A stretch of DNA of 64,000 bases from Chitinophagales bacterium (lineage in GTDB: Bacteria > Bacteroidota > Bacteroidia > Chitinophagales > Chitinophagaceae), in NCBI GenBank assembly GCA_038256495.1, contig JBBSKH010000003.1, positions 1,929 through 65,928 on the forward strand. Direction: 5' to 3'. The notes below the pieces were generated by a model. That model saw only the letters and a list, made by a program, of their open reading frames with translations. It made no database searches and was not told where the DNA came from. Position numbers and translations under genes: made by a program. Below are positions 37,414 to 47,570 of the stretch, piece by piece (the stretch's first letter is position 1; every line of letters begins with the position of its first letter).

Positions 37414-38424
37414 TTATTTGCGTTCCAGCCTGGCATATATTTTTTTAACAATACTGTCTATATCCTGCTTCTCCATACAATTAAAATGTTCTAAAGGGCA
37501 GGTACGAGTGCCATACTTACTGCATGGCTGGCAGCCCAGTTTAAGGTAAACATTTTCATATATGGGTGTTTGCTGTTGCTCAATGAACAGCCTGCCATAG
37601 TAGGGTTCAACATCCAATGCTGGCGAAGTGGCGCCCCAAATGGCGATGAGCGGTTTATTAAAGGCGCATGCAATATACTGCAGGCCTGTATCGTGCGACA
37701 CCACCAGTTTGGCATTCCGCACTAGATCGGCAGATTCGTTCAGGTTAAATTTTCCACAGGCATTATACACTTTTATAGGATCCACTGAAGCAATAGCTGC
37801 ACCTGCAACGGCATCTTCTTTACCTCCCAGTAAAATTATGGGATGATCTAATTTTTTACAGAGTTCTTTTAACTTATGTATGGGCAGCTTTTTCGTTTCG
37901 TAAGAAGCACCAATAACGATGGCAACATAGCCCGCCATGTGCGCATGCGGCAGTTCCGACTTACTTACTTCATCTTCCTTTGGTATAAAATAATCCAGCC
38001 CAAGGCCGTCATCCTTTACACCAAGAGCTGCAACAGCATCCAGGCTTCTTTGAGTGATATGCCTGCCTGGCATCATGTTGATATTGAGTTGCGTGAGCAG
38101 GAATTTTTCTACAGATAATTTATCTATGGTAACACTCTTTGTACCCAACGCCTTTTTAATTTTTACACTCCTGAAATTTTTATGCAGATCGACTACATAA
38201 TCATATTCCTCTTTGCGTAGGGATTCAATCAGTTCAGGCAAGTTATCATCAAGGTAAAAAAAACGATCGATGTAGGGGTTTGCGGCAGTAACCAATTTAA
38301 AAGATTGCTTTGTGGCAAAGTGTAGCTCTACATCAGGCAACTGTTTTTTTATACACCTGAACACAGGACTTGCCAAAACAATATCGCCAATGGAAGAAAA
38401 ACGTATAACAAGAATTTTTGTCAA
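37414..38424 (-). CDS. Glycosyltransferase family 9 (heptosyltransferase-like)
   Basis: N-terminus KILVIRFSSIGDIVLASP, typical of GT9. It appears to use a TTG start. Confidence 0.8.
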   Translation of the reverse strand: MTKILVIRFSSIGDIVLASPVFRCIKKQLPDVELHFATKQSFKLVTAANPYIDRFFYLDDNLPELIESLRKEEYDYVVDLHKNFRSVKIKKALGTKSVTIDKLSVEKFLLTQLNINMMPGRHITQRSLDAVAALGVKDDGLGLDYFIPKEDEVSKSELPHAHMAGYVAIVIGASYETKKLPIHKLKELCKKLDHPIILLGGKEDAVAGAAIASVDPIKVYNACGKFNLNESADLVRNAKLVVSHDTGLQYIACAFNKPLIAIWGATSPALDVEPYYGRLFIEQQQTPIYENVYLKLGCQPCSKYGTRTCPLEHFNCMEKQDIDSIVKKIYARLERK

Positions 38425-38433
38425 GCTGTTATT

Positions 38434-39657
38434 TTATCGTTCAATATAATCCAGGTCTTTGTGGAAGGTTTCTTCTGTAAACCAAACTGCCACCACACTA
38501 ATGGCCATTACTATAACGCCTGTAATAAGGCCCGCCGTTGCATAGTTTGTATAATTTTGCAGCCAGTTAAACAATAATATAATAAGGGGAAGTGCACCCC
38601 GAACCATATTTGGAATAGTAGTGGCCGCTGTAGCTCTCAGGTTGGTACCAAACTGCTCGGCTGCCATAGTAACAAAAATGGCCCAAAAGCCAGTACCAAA
38701 ACCCAGCAAAGCACAAATGGCATACATCGTTGATGCACTACTGTCGCCTTGTAAAAAGAACAATCCAATTGCCAGCATCGTAATTGCATAGAAAATGTAC
38801 AATGCTTTTTTGCGACTCTTCAGCCACTGGCTCACAAAACCTATTAACACATCACCTAATGAAATTGCCACATAGGCATACATGATCGCCTTTCCCGGAA
38901 ACACTTCTTCTTTAATGCCAAATGACTCTGCAAAATTATTGGAGAAGCCAACCAATATCCCGATTACATACCATGTTGGTAAACCTATCAATATGGCAGC
39001 AAGGTATTTTTTAAAACGCTTAGCATTATTAAAGAACATGAAAAAGTTGCCCTTGCTAACTGTGGCCATTTCTTTTACATTCTTATACATGCCACTTTCC
39101 ACTACCGATATGCGCAAAATCAACAGGCTGAAGCCGAGTCCGCCACCAATAAAGTAACAGGTACGCCAATGAAAGTTTTGTGAAATGAAGAATGCTACTA
39201 CTGCCCCGGTGAGTCCTACCCCTGCCACCAGCGAAGTGCTCAATCCCCTTTTTTCTTTAGAAGAAATTTCGCTTACTAAAGTTATGCCTGCACCTAGCTC
39301 CCCGGCAAGGCCAACACCAGCAATAAAACGTACCAGGGCATATTGACCGGAGGTTTGCACAAAACCATTTACAATATTGGCTACACTATACAGGATGATG
39401 GAGCCGAACAAAACGCTGAGGCGACCTTTTTTGTCGCCCATAATACCCCAGATAATACCACCCAGCAAGAGGCCCAGCATTTGAATGCTGATGATAAACT
39501 CGCCGTCTTTCTTTACCATTTCTGGCGACAGACCGAGGTCCTGCAGGCTGCTTACCCTTACAATACCAAAAAGAAGTAAGTCGTAAATGTCTACAAAATA
39601 ACCAAGTGCTGCTACCAGCACTGCCAGGTTGAATATGCTTTTCGAATTTGAATTCAT
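38434..39657 (-). CDS. MFS transporter
   Basis: Polytopic protein with the MFS motif GDKKGRL. It is 9 nt from the GT9 gene. Confidence 0.8.
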   Translation of the reverse strand: MNSNSKSIFNLAVLVAALGYFVDIYDLLLFGIVRVSSLQDLGLSPEMVKKDGEFIISIQMLGLLLGGIIWGIMGDKKGRLSVLFGSIILYSVANIVNGFVQTSGQYALVRFIAGVGLAGELGAGITLVSEISSKEKRGLSTSLVAGVGLTGAVVAFFISQNFHWRTCYFIGGGLGFSLLILRISVVESGMYKNVKEMATVSKGNFFMFFNNAKRFKKYLAAILIGLPTWYVIGILVGFSNNFAESFGIKEEVFPGKAIMYAYVAISLGDVLIGFVSQWLKSRKKALYIFYAITMLAIGLFFLQGDSSASTMYAICALLGFGTGFWAIFVTMAAEQFGTNLRATAATTIPNMVRGALPLIILLFNWLQNYTNYATAGLITGVIVMAISVVAVWFTEETFHKDLDYIER

Positions 39658-39665
39658 TATAGAAA

Positions 39666-40613
39666 CTAAACTATTTTCTCAACCGGCTTCTTTTTTCCAA
39701 ATATCAATTTAAAAATAACCGGGGCAGTTGTAACCAAAACGATTCCAATTACAATTACTTCGAGATGCTTTTCCAGGTCTATGCCAAATTGCTTCTTGGT
39801 AAATTCATTTAAGTAATGGCCAATAAAAAGCATTGAAGTTACCCATGCGATGCAACCAACAATATTATAGAAAACAAATTTCTTTTTATCCATAGAAACA
39901 ATGCCGGCTACAATGGGCGCAAAGGTTCTAATTAATGGCAGAAACCGGGCAAATACAATAGCGCCGCCGCCATGTTTGTCGTAAAATTCTTTTGATTGAA
40001 CCAGGTATTTTTTCTTGAAGAAAAAGCCATCATTCCATTTAAACATTGCAGGGCCAACTTTTTTTCCTGTATAATAACCTACCGTATTTCCCAAAATTCC
40101 TGCTATGGAACAAAGGGCCGAAATAATGAGCAGGTTTAAAAAATCGTTACCGGTATTTAAAGAAATGGAGTCAACAAGTGGTGTACTTAGAATTCCTGCA
40201 ACAAAAAGCAGGGAATCGCCGGGAAAAAAGAACCCAATAAAGAGTCCTGTTTCAGCAAAAATTATAAAAAGCAACAACCAAAGACCGCCATATAAAATAT
40301 AAAACATGGGCGTAAAGAGATCTTTCCATGAAAAGTTTTTATCTAATTCCACCAGGCTTCCTGCCTGTACATCCTTTAATAATATGGTTTTGTTTTCATA
40401 GCCCACCCTATTTATCGTTACAGAATCGGATGTTACCAGCGGAACAGTCAGGTTGCCTTCTCCGTCTGAAACATAACTTTTATTTTGAATTAAGATTTCT
40501 GCATTGCTCACATTCTGTTTGTATTGATTTGTTAAACCAAACGTAATAGAATCCTGGGCTACCAGCTTTAAAGAACTTGTCATGGCCAGGAGAATAAAAA
40601 CAAATTGTTTCAT
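39666..40613 (-). CDS. DedA/VTT-domain membrane protein with an N-terminal secreted beta-rich (carboxypeptidase-regulatory-like) domain
   Basis: Signal peptide, then a beta domain of about 90 aa. The DedA core has FFPGDSLLFVAG and ARFLPLIRTFAPIVAG. Confidence 0.75.
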   Translation of the reverse strand: MKQFVFILLAMTSSLKLVAQDSITFGLTNQYKQNVSNAEILIQNKSYVSDGEGNLTVPLVTSDSVTINRVGYENKTILLKDVQAGSLVELDKNFSWKDLFTPMFYILYGGLWLLLFIIFAETGLFIGFFFPGDSLLFVAGILSTPLVDSISLNTGNDFLNLLIISALCSIAGILGNTVGYYTGKKVGPAMFKWNDGFFFKKKYLVQSKEFYDKHGGGAIVFARFLPLIRTFAPIVAGIVSMDKKKFVFYNIVGCIAWVTSMLFIGHYLNEFTKKQFGIDLEKHLEVIVIGIVLVTTAPVIFKLIFGKKKPVEKIV

Positions 40614-40759
40614 AAATTTTATTAGCTGAAAAATTGATTTGCAATATATGACTTAAAGCTTGTTGTAAGCAAAGGCAGATTAAAAAATGTTGATGGAAGC
40701 TATAATATAAAATTATTGCTTACTTTTCCGCCATATTAATTATTTAAACCAATAACTAC

Positions 40760-42265
40760 ATGAGTATATTCATTAGAAAACCAATGAATACTTTAATGAA
40801 TGAAGCTGCTGAAACTGGTGACCATACATTAAAGAGAACGTTGGGATCGGGCGCACTGCTTGCGCTGGGTATCGGCGCCATCATTGGGGCCGGCTTATTT
40901 TCTCTTACAGGTATTGCCGCGGCAGAAAATGCAGGGCCTGCTGTTACCATATCTTTTATTGTTGCTGCTGTTGGCTGTGCTTTTGCGGGATTATGTTATG
41001 CCGAATTTGCCTCAATGATTCCAGTGGCGGGTAGCGCCTACACATACTCATATGCTACAATGGGCGAATTTATTGCCTGGATTATTGGTTGGGATCTTGT
41101 TCTTGAATATGCTGTGGGAGCGGCAACCGTTGCAGTTAGCTGGTCTAGATATTTATTGGAATTGCTTTCAAGTTTTAATATTCACCTCCCAAAATCGCTG
41201 GTAAGTTCTCCGTGGGAATCCGTATCACTCAGCGATGGTACGGTATATACCGGAGGAATTATAAATCTCCCGGCTATCACCATTGTTTTAATACTATCCG
41301 CTATTCTTATAAGGGGCACCCAGGAATCTTCAAGGATAAATAATATCCTGGTGGTTTTAAAATTATTAGTGGTTATTATGTTTATTTTGCTTGGCTGGAG
41401 CCATATAAATCCTGCCAACTACGATCCATATATTCCGGAAAATACAGGCCAATTTGAAAACTTTGGCTGGACGGGTATAGCTACAGGAGCCGCCGTAGTG
41501 TTTTTTGCTTTCATTGGATTTGATGCTGTGAGCACAGCAGCGCAGGAAGCGAAAAATCCAAAAAAAGGAATGCCGATTGGCATTTTAGGTTCACTTGTAG
41601 TTTGCACAATTCTCTATATCTTATTTGCCCATGTAATGACGGGACTTGTAAATTATAAAGAATTTGCCGGCGATGCAAAACCTGCCGCTACTGCATTTGC
41701 CGAAACGGGATACGACTTTTTACAAACAGGTCTCATTGTGGCAATTTTAGCGGGATACACTTCTGTAATGTTGGTAATGTTACTGGGCCAAAGCCGTGTT
41801 TTTTATTCCATGAGCAAAGATGGGCTTCTGCCAAAATTCTTTAGCCAGATACATACAAAGTTCAGAACACCCTTTAAAACAAATATATTCTTTATGGTGT
41901 TCGTCAGTATTTTTGCAGGCTTTGTTCCTATTTCAGATTTGGGACATATGGTAAGTATTGGAACCCTGTTCGCATTTGTGCTTGTATGCGTTGGCGTGAT
42001 GGTTATGCGTAAAAAAATGCCGGATTTAAAAAGATCGTTCCGTACGCCTTTAGTTCCCTTTGTGCCCATCATGGGAATCGTAGTTTGCGTTTACCTGATG
42101 TACGCATTGCCGGTGGAAAGCTGGCTGAGACTTGCGATCTGGCTGGGCCTGGGCTTGCTTATTTATTTTATCTATGGTAAAAAGAACAGCAAATTGCAAA
42201 ATCCTGGAAGTAATCCATCTCCCGGTCCGCATGAAGTACCAGAAGATATTCCCCCACTGGTATAA
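40760..42265 (+). CDS. APC-family amino acid permease
   Basis: Polytopic protein with GSGALLALGIGAIIGAGLF and AGSAYTYSY motifs of cationic amino acid / APC transporters. Confidence 0.85.
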   Translation: MSIFIRKPMNTLMNEAAETGDHTLKRTLGSGALLALGIGAIIGAGLFSLTGIAAAENAGPAVTISFIVAAVGCAFAGLCYAEFASMIPVAGSAYTYSYATMGEFIAWIIGWDLVLEYAVGAATVAVSWSRYLLELLSSFNIHLPKSLVSSPWESVSLSDGTVYTGGIINLPAITIVLILSAILIRGTQESSRINNILVVLKLLVVIMFILLGWSHINPANYDPYIPENTGQFENFGWTGIATGAAVVFFAFIGFDAVSTAAQEAKNPKKGMPIGILGSLVVCTILYILFAHVMTGLVNYKEFAGDAKPAATAFAETGYDFLQTGLIVAILAGYTSVMLVMLLGQSRVFYSMSKDGLLPKFFSQIHTKFRTPFKTNIFFMVFVSIFAGFVPISDLGHMVSIGTLFAFVLVCVGVMVMRKKMPDLKRSFRTPLVPFVPIMGIVVCVYLMYALPVESWLRLAIWLGLGLLIYFIYGKKNSKLQNPGSNPSPGPHEVPEDIPPLV

Positions 42266-42281
42266 CTAATTAAACTTCTAC

Positions 42282-42307
42282 AAACCGCCCCCCGGGCGGT
42301 TTTTTTG
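42282..42307 (+). terminator. Rho-independent terminator
   Basis: AAACCGCCC, loop ccc, GGGCGGTTT, followed by TTTTT. Confidence 0.8.
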
Positions 42308-42351
42308 TGCTTTACATAATAATAATGGATAAGAACCAGACAGCTTCTCAT

Positions 42352-42386
42352 AAAAAACCGGACGCACTTTTTTAAAATGCATCCGG
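42352..42386 (-). terminator. Candidate terminator after ssb
   Basis: On the minus strand: CCGGATGCA, an 11-nt loop, TGCGTCCGG (one G-T pair), then TTTTTTA. Confidence 0.5.
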
Positions 42387-42407
42387 GGGAAAGTAAAATC
42401 TTCTAAA

Positions 42408-42854
42408 TTAAAACGGCAAATCGTCTTCTACAGAAGTTGCCGCCGGGGTAGATTGTTGGGATGACGGATCGGTTTTAACAACAGGTCTTTCTGTACTGCC
42501 TGCATTGCTAACATTGCCCTGGTTAGAACCAGTTGAATCGTTCCCACCCAACAACTGAATGTTCATTACCCGCATCCTTAGCGTGGAAGACAACTGACCA
42601 TCCTTATTGGTGTAGGCATCAGCTTCAGGCGTACCCTCTGCATACACCGTTTTTCCCTTAGTGAGGTATTGTGCAACGGCGGTGCGGTCCGTCCAGTAAG
42701 CACAGTTTACCCAAATGGTTTTTTCCACAAGGTTGCCCTGCGCATCCTTATACTTCTCGCTATGGGCAACATTAAAATTAATAACGGTCTTGCCGTTAAT
42801 CTCCTTCTGAATGCAATCTCCTCCGAGGTTGCCGATAACCTGTAATTTAATCAT
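42408..42854 (-). CDS. ssb: Single-stranded DNA-binding protein
   Basis: N-terminal OB fold, a Gly/Ser/Gln-rich linker, and the acidic C-terminal tip EDDLPF. Confidence 0.9.
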   Translation of the reverse strand: MIKLQVIGNLGGDCIQKEINGKTVINFNVAHSEKYKDAQGNLVEKTIWVNCAYWTDRTAVAQYLTKGKTVYAEGTPEADAYTNKDGQLSSTLRMRVMNIQLLGGNDSTGSNQGNVSNAGSTERPVVKTDPSSQQSTPAATSVEDDLPF

Positions 42855-42921
42855 GACATTTGTTTTTAAAATTATTAATCGATGTATCTGTTTTGTGCTT
42901 AAGTTATGAATTTTAAAAAGC

Positions 42922-43674
42922 TTAGTTCATTTTCTTTTTTAGGGTACTCACCTGATCCTGCAGGTTATTAACAAGGTTGGCCAGGCTATTTACATCCCAG
43001 CGCTGTTGAGTGGTAACTTTCCCAATTACCACCTGCGCCTGCCAAATCTCAATTATATCTTCGGCATTAACCTGGTATGGTTGATAACTAGGATTGTCGC
43101 TCACCAATGAAACTTTATTCTTTGCCTTATTGCTCTTTACTATCCGCTTGTATACAATTCCCTCGTTTCGACTAATAACTACATAAGCGTTGTTATTTTT
43201 TACATCGTCGATGCTCTCCACTTTTTCGCCAACAATGATGCTGCCACTTGGTGTAGGTAACATACTGTCTCCTATTATTTCGAAAGCCCGGTAGTTACCG
43301 CCACTTAACATCGGCAGGGTAAATGTATTCAACTCATCAATGAATTCGCTGTCTGCATAGCCTGCAAGGTAACCTGCTGCTGCTTTTACAGGTACAAAAT
43401 GAATAAGGTTCCTGTCTGCGCTCATCATTTTTTGCTGCCGCCTTTTCATCAGGTAAGAAGTAGACTGGTTACTGAGGTCTTTCAACAACAACTCATCCAG
43501 GCTTAGTTTAAATATATCTGCTACAATTTCTAATACCTCCAGCCGGGGATCTGCCCGCTCTTCTTCATATGCACCCAACAATGACCTTTTAATATTCAGT
43601 TTTGCTGAAAATTCTTCCTGTGTCCACCCACGAAGCTTACGCAGGTACTTTAAGTTTAAACCAGCTGTTGACAT
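42922..43674 (-). CDS. XRE-type HTH plus S24 peptidase repressor (LexA/CI-like)
   Basis: N-terminal HTH (LKYLRKLRGWTQEEFSAKLNIKRSLLGAYE). The C-terminal S24 domain has Ser in GDSMLP and Lys in VYKRIV. Confidence 0.8.
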   Translation of the reverse strand: MSTAGLNLKYLRKLRGWTQEEFSAKLNIKRSLLGAYEEERADPRLEVLEIVADIFKLSLDELLLKDLSNQSTSYLMKRRQQKMMSADRNLIHFVPVKAAAGYLAGYADSEFIDELNTFTLPMLSGGNYRAFEIIGDSMLPTPSGSIIVGEKVESIDDVKNNNAYVVISRNEGIVYKRIVKSNKAKNKVSLVSDNPSYQPYQVNAEDIIEIWQAQVVIGKVTTQQRWDVNSLANLVNNLQDQVSTLKKKMN

Positions 43675-43934
43675 ACTAAACTAATTTGATTAGCACAAAT
43701 ATACTAATATATTTAGTTTATCAAAATTTATTTTTTCATATATAATTTCAGGAAAGCCTCCTTTCGAAAGTCATCTATCCTATGGCAACTTATCATCAGG
43801 GCGCCATCGTTTTTCATAAGTCTGTTACTCCAGCGAATGCATCATAAATTAGCTATCATTTTAGTAAACACTGCTCTGTATCTTTGACCAAAAAAATATA
43901 TAGCATATAAATGCGTTAACAGTAAAACAACCCC

Positions 43935-44723
43935 ATGGCAAAAGCAACGAAAACAAAACCTATTATTTTAATAACCAACGACGATGATATTACTTCAAAA
44001 GGCATTAAGAGCCTTGTAGAAGCCGTGAGCGAACTTGGAACTGTAGTGGTGGTGGCACCCAATTCGCCACAAAGTGGCATGGGTCATGCCATCACCATAG
44101 GCTCTCCCCTGCGGATGAACAAGATGAACCTGTTTGGAGATATAGAGGCTTATCAAACCAGCGGTACACCGGTTGACTGCGTAAAGCTTGCGGTGGATAA
44201 GATCCTGCATCGCAAACCCGATATCTGCTTAAGTGGTATCAACCATGGCGCCAACCACTCCATCAATGTAATTTACAGCGGCACCATGAGTGCGGCTATG
44301 GAAGCCAGCATTGAAGGTATACCGAGTATTGGATTTTCACTATTGGATTATAGCTATGATGCTGATTTTACTGCTTCAAAACAAATAGTGCATAAGATCG
44401 TTTCTGAAATATTACAGCAAAAGAAAAAAGATAAACACTTGTTGTTAAATGTAAATATCCCGGCATTGGCACCAGAGAAAATAAAAGGCATTAAGATATG
44501 TAAACAGGCTTATGCCAAGTACGAAGAAGATTTTGATGAAAGGTTGGATCCGCATGGCAAAAAGTATTACTGGTTAACAGGTGCTTTCAAAAACTTTGAT
44601 AAAGCGAAGGATACAGATGTGTGGGCCCTGGAGCATGGCTACGTGAGCGTGGTACCTGTACAATTTGATCTTACCAATTATACTTTAAAACAACAATTAG
44701 AAAAAAACAAATCCTTCCAATGA
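43935..44723 (+). CDS. surE: 5'/3'-nucleotidase SurE
   Basis: ILITNDDDITSKGI, APNSPQSGMGHAIT and SGINHGANHSINVIYSGTMSAA. Confidence 0.9.
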   Translation: MAKATKTKPIILITNDDDITSKGIKSLVEAVSELGTVVVVAPNSPQSGMGHAITIGSPLRMNKMNLFGDIEAYQTSGTPVDCVKLAVDKILHRKPDICLSGINHGANHSINVIYSGTMSAAMEASIEGIPSIGFSLLDYSYDADFTASKQIVHKIVSEILQQKKKDKHLLLNVNIPALAPEKIKGIKICKQAYAKYEEDFDERLDPHGKKYYWLTGAFKNFDKAKDTDVWALEHGYVSVVPVQFDLTNYTLKQQLEKNKSFQ

Positions 44724-45022
44724 TTTTTAAGAAAGACAATTTCGTGCTGGGCCTCGTGCTGGGCACTTTCGCTCCATTATTTGGTATATTGATATTTAAA
44801 GCCGTTAAGTTCAGTGTGTTTTCTTTTAAGGAAACTTTCCAGTTTATGTTGGTAGAGCCAGGGTTCAAAACCCTGTCGGTTGCATTAAGCCTGAGCCTAT
44901 TGCTAAACGCACTGCTTTTTACAATCTATATCAATTCAGGAAGAGATTATACAGCGAAGGGGATTTTTGTGACCACACTAGTGTATGGTTTGGCGGTATT
45001 AATTATTAAAACTTTCCTCTAA
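44720..45022 (+). CDS. Small membrane protein, hypothetical
   Basis: ATGA overlap with surE and three hydrophobic segments. Confidence 0.55.
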   Translation: MIFKKDNFVLGLVLGTFAPLFGILIFKAVKFSVFSFKETFQFMLVEPGFKTLSVALSLSLLLNALLFTIYINSGRDYTAKGIFVTTLVYGLAVLIIKTFL

Positions 45023-45160
45023 ACCAGCAGAAAGTGCTTTAACGGAGTTTTAATAATTTATTTGCATTCACTTAACAGCAAAAGTAGATGAGGCGTCGTA
45101 CATTTGTGTAACAAACAACGACAATTAAATTTTTCTCATAAGCAGTTAGTTTTGGTAAAC

Positions 45161-45194
45161 GGGGCATCTATTCTTAGGTAGCCCCTCTTTTTTT
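45161..45194 (+). terminator. Candidate terminator
   Basis: GGGGC, a 15-nt loop, GCCCC, then TCTTTTTTT. The stem is short. Confidence 0.4.
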
Positions 45195-46161
45195 ATACAG
45201 ACTGCTGGAATAATCCATCAACAAACTGCTGCTTATCGAACACCAGTAAATCTGTAGCTTTTTCTCCCATACCAATAAATTTCACCGGAATTTTAAACTG
45301 GTTGGCTATGGCCAGTACTACACCGCCCTTAGCGGTACCATCCAGCTTTGTGATGGCCAGCGCTGTAACATCAGTAGCGGCAGTAAAATGTTTGGCCTGC
45401 TCCAGCGCATTCTGGCCGGTACTGCCATCCAATACCAGTAATACTTCATGTGGTGCCTCCGGTATTACCTTCTGTATTACCTTTTTAATTTTGGTTAATT
45501 CATCCATCAAATGCAGTTTGTTGTGCAGGCGGCCTGCAGTATCTATCAATATAACATCACTTTTGCGGGCTACGCCACTTATAATGGTATCGTAAGCCAC
45601 CGAGGCCGGATCGCTGCCCATTTCCTTTTTCACTATGGGAACATTGGCCCTTTCACTCCAAATGGTTAATTGGTCTACCGCTGCCGCCCTGAAGGTATCT
45701 GCAGCACCTAACAATACTGATTTGCCCGCAAGGGAGAAATTATGGGCAAGTTTACCAATGGTGGTGGTTTTACCCACGCCATTTACACCTACTACCAAAA
45801 TTACATGTGGCGAGTGGCCAGCCGGCAGTTCATAATTTACATAACTGGTATCCTGTGGTGCTGCCACCAGTAGGTTTTGAATTTCATCTTTCAAAATGCT
45901 GTTCAGCTCTGCCGTATTAAGGTATTTGTCTTTTGCTACCCGCTTCTCCAACTGGTCAATGATCTTAACGGTCGTTTCTACACCCACATCAGCACTTACC
46001 AGGGCATTTTCCAGGTCATCTAATACCGCCTCATCCACCGTACTTTTGCCTGCAATAGCTTTACTGATCTTACCAAGAAAGCCTTCCCGGGTTTTCTGCA
46101 AACCCTGGTCAATAGTTTCCTGTTGTTGTTTCTTGCCGAATAATTTATCGAATAAGCCCAT
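45193..46161 (-). CDS. ftsY: Signal recognition particle receptor FtsY
   Basis: SRP GTPase motifs GVNGVGKTTT, DTAGR and TKLDGTAKGG. Confidence 0.95.
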   Translation of the reverse strand: MGLFDKLFGKKQQQETIDQGLQKTREGFLGKISKAIAGKSTVDEAVLDDLENALVSADVGVETTVKIIDQLEKRVAKDKYLNTAELNSILKDEIQNLLVAAPQDTSYVNYELPAGHSPHVILVVGVNGVGKTTTIGKLAHNFSLAGKSVLLGAADTFRAAAVDQLTIWSERANVPIVKKEMGSDPASVAYDTIISGVARKSDVILIDTAGRLHNKLHLMDELTKIKKVIQKVIPEAPHEVLLVLDGSTGQNALEQAKHFTAATDVTALAITKLDGTAKGGVVLAIANQFKIPVKFIGMGEKATDLLVFDKQQFVDGLFQQSV

Positions 46162-46295
46162 ATGCTATATAGTTAAGAAGCGTTGAAAATAAGAATGCTG
46201 AATTTGCCAGGCACCGTAACATAATTAAAATAAAGAAAGCCGTTCCGGTATTAACAGAACAGCTTCAATTATATAGTAACCCAATGAATCAATTA

Positions 46296-46466
46296 TTATT
46301 GACCCATGTGATCTTTAATCTTGTCTTTGTGAACAATTGATTCTTTAAAAGTGTAAGCACCAGTTTTAGGGCTACGTACGGTACGAATAACTTTTGTCCA
46401 GTTTTTCGCATCGGCTGCGGCCTTGGTATCTTTAATCTTAGCGTTTTTTGAAGCTGCTTTTGCCAT
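46296..46466 (-). CDS. DUF4295 family small protein (56 aa), absent from the supplied ORF track
   Basis: My hand translation of the minus strand gives MAKAASKNAKIKDTKAAADAKNWTKVIRTVRSPKTGAYTFKESIVHKDKIKDHMGQ. It sits between rpmG and ftsY, as is typical in Bacteroidota. Confidence 0.7.
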   Translation of the reverse strand: MAKAASKNAKIKDTKAAADAKNWTKVIRTVRSPKTGAYTFKESIVHKDKIKDHMGQ

Positions 46467-46534
46467 GTTTTTATTTTTTATGGTTATCGAAAGTTGTTAG
46501 TGGATTAAACCACATAAACCCTAAACGAATGACC

Positions 46535-46717
46535 TTATTTAATTTCTTTGTGAACAGTTACTTTTTTCAGGATCGGGTTGAATTTTTTCAACTCCAGACG
46601 CTCAGGGGTATTCTTTTTGTTCTTGGTGGTGATGTACCTGCTTGTACCGGCCATTCCGCTGGTCTTGTGCTCTGTACACTCCATGATCACCTGTACCCTG
46701 TTACCTTTCTTTGCCAT
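46535..46717 (-). CDS. rpmG: 50S ribosomal protein L33
   Basis: [18 protein letters not shown]...[21 protein letters not shown]. Confidence 0.95.
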   Translation of the reverse strand: MAKKGNRVQVIMECTEHKTSGMAGTSRYITTKNKKNTPERLELKKFNPILKKVTVHKEIK

Positions 46718-46784
46718 TGTATTTTTATTATTTTTTTATTGTAAAACCTACTTAACCTGCTTTAATAAACAGGCCGGTTGGGGT

Positions 46785-47021
46785 TTATATCTTTGCGCCA
46801 GCAGCACGCATTTGCTTTACTACTGCATACAAACCATTCTTGTTGATGGTTCTGATTGCTTCTGAAGAAACTTTAAGGGTTACCCACTTGTCTTCTTCTG
46901 CAATATAATAACGCTTGGTCTGCAAATTAGGCAGAAACCTGCGTTTAGTTTTAATGTTGGAATGAGATACTTTATTACCTGTAATTGGTCTCTTTCCTGT
47001 AAGTTCACATACTCTTGCCAT
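46785..47021 (-). CDS. rpmB: 50S ribosomal protein L28
   Basis: [34 protein letters not shown]. Confidence 0.95.
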   Translation of the reverse strand: MARVCELTGKRPITGNKVSHSNIKTKRRFLPNLQTKRYYIAEEDKWVTLKVSSEAIRTINKNGLYAVVKQMRAAGAKI

Positions 47022-47153
47022 GTCCTAAAATTTTGGACGGCAAAGGTATGTATTTCTTATTTAAATTAATGAGGAATTGGCAATTATTTTATAAAACAGC
47101 TTTAATTCAGCATATTTGCCCGTGAATAGAGGGCTGCAAACTAATAATTTATT

Positions 47154-47570
47154 ATGAACACTAACAATATCCGTTCGGTTTTTACACAAGGTATGGCCTT
47201 TGAACATAGCATAAATACCCATACCATTATTACAGATGCCGGACCAGAAGATGGAGGCAATAACCTGGGTTCCGGCCCGAAAAGATTGATGTTGGTTTCC
47301 CTGGCTGGTTGCACAGGCTTTGATGTAGTAGATATTCTGAATAAAATGAAAGTGACTTTTTCCAATTTTAGAATCGATACTGCCGGTACCTTATCAGAAA
47401 CAAACCCGCAAACTTATACAGCAATAAAGGTTACGTACAGCATCCAGGTTGCAGAAAAACACCGATCCAAAATGGAAAGAGCTGTTCAGTTATCGGAAGA
47501 AAAATATTGTGGCGTAATGCTGATGTTTAAATCGTTTGCCACAGTAACCCATGAAATTATTTTTTTATAA
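47154..47570 (+). CDS. OsmC family peroxiredoxin-like protein
   Basis: Two conserved Cys contexts (LAGCTGFDV and EKYCGV). Confidence 0.8.
   Translation: MNTNNIRSVFTQGMAFEHSINTHTIITDAGPEDGGNNLGSGPKRLMLVSLAGCTGFDVVDILNKMKVTFSNFRIDTAGTLSETNPQTYTAIKVTYSIQVAEKHRSKMERAVQLSEEKYCGVMLMFKSFATVTHEIIFL

Noticed and set aside
42408-43674. A prophage remnant (CI-like repressor plus SSB).
   Set aside because: No other phage-type genes (integrase, Cro, replication, structural) are nearby. The flanks are housekeeping genes, so a chromosomal LexA-like module is more parsimonious.
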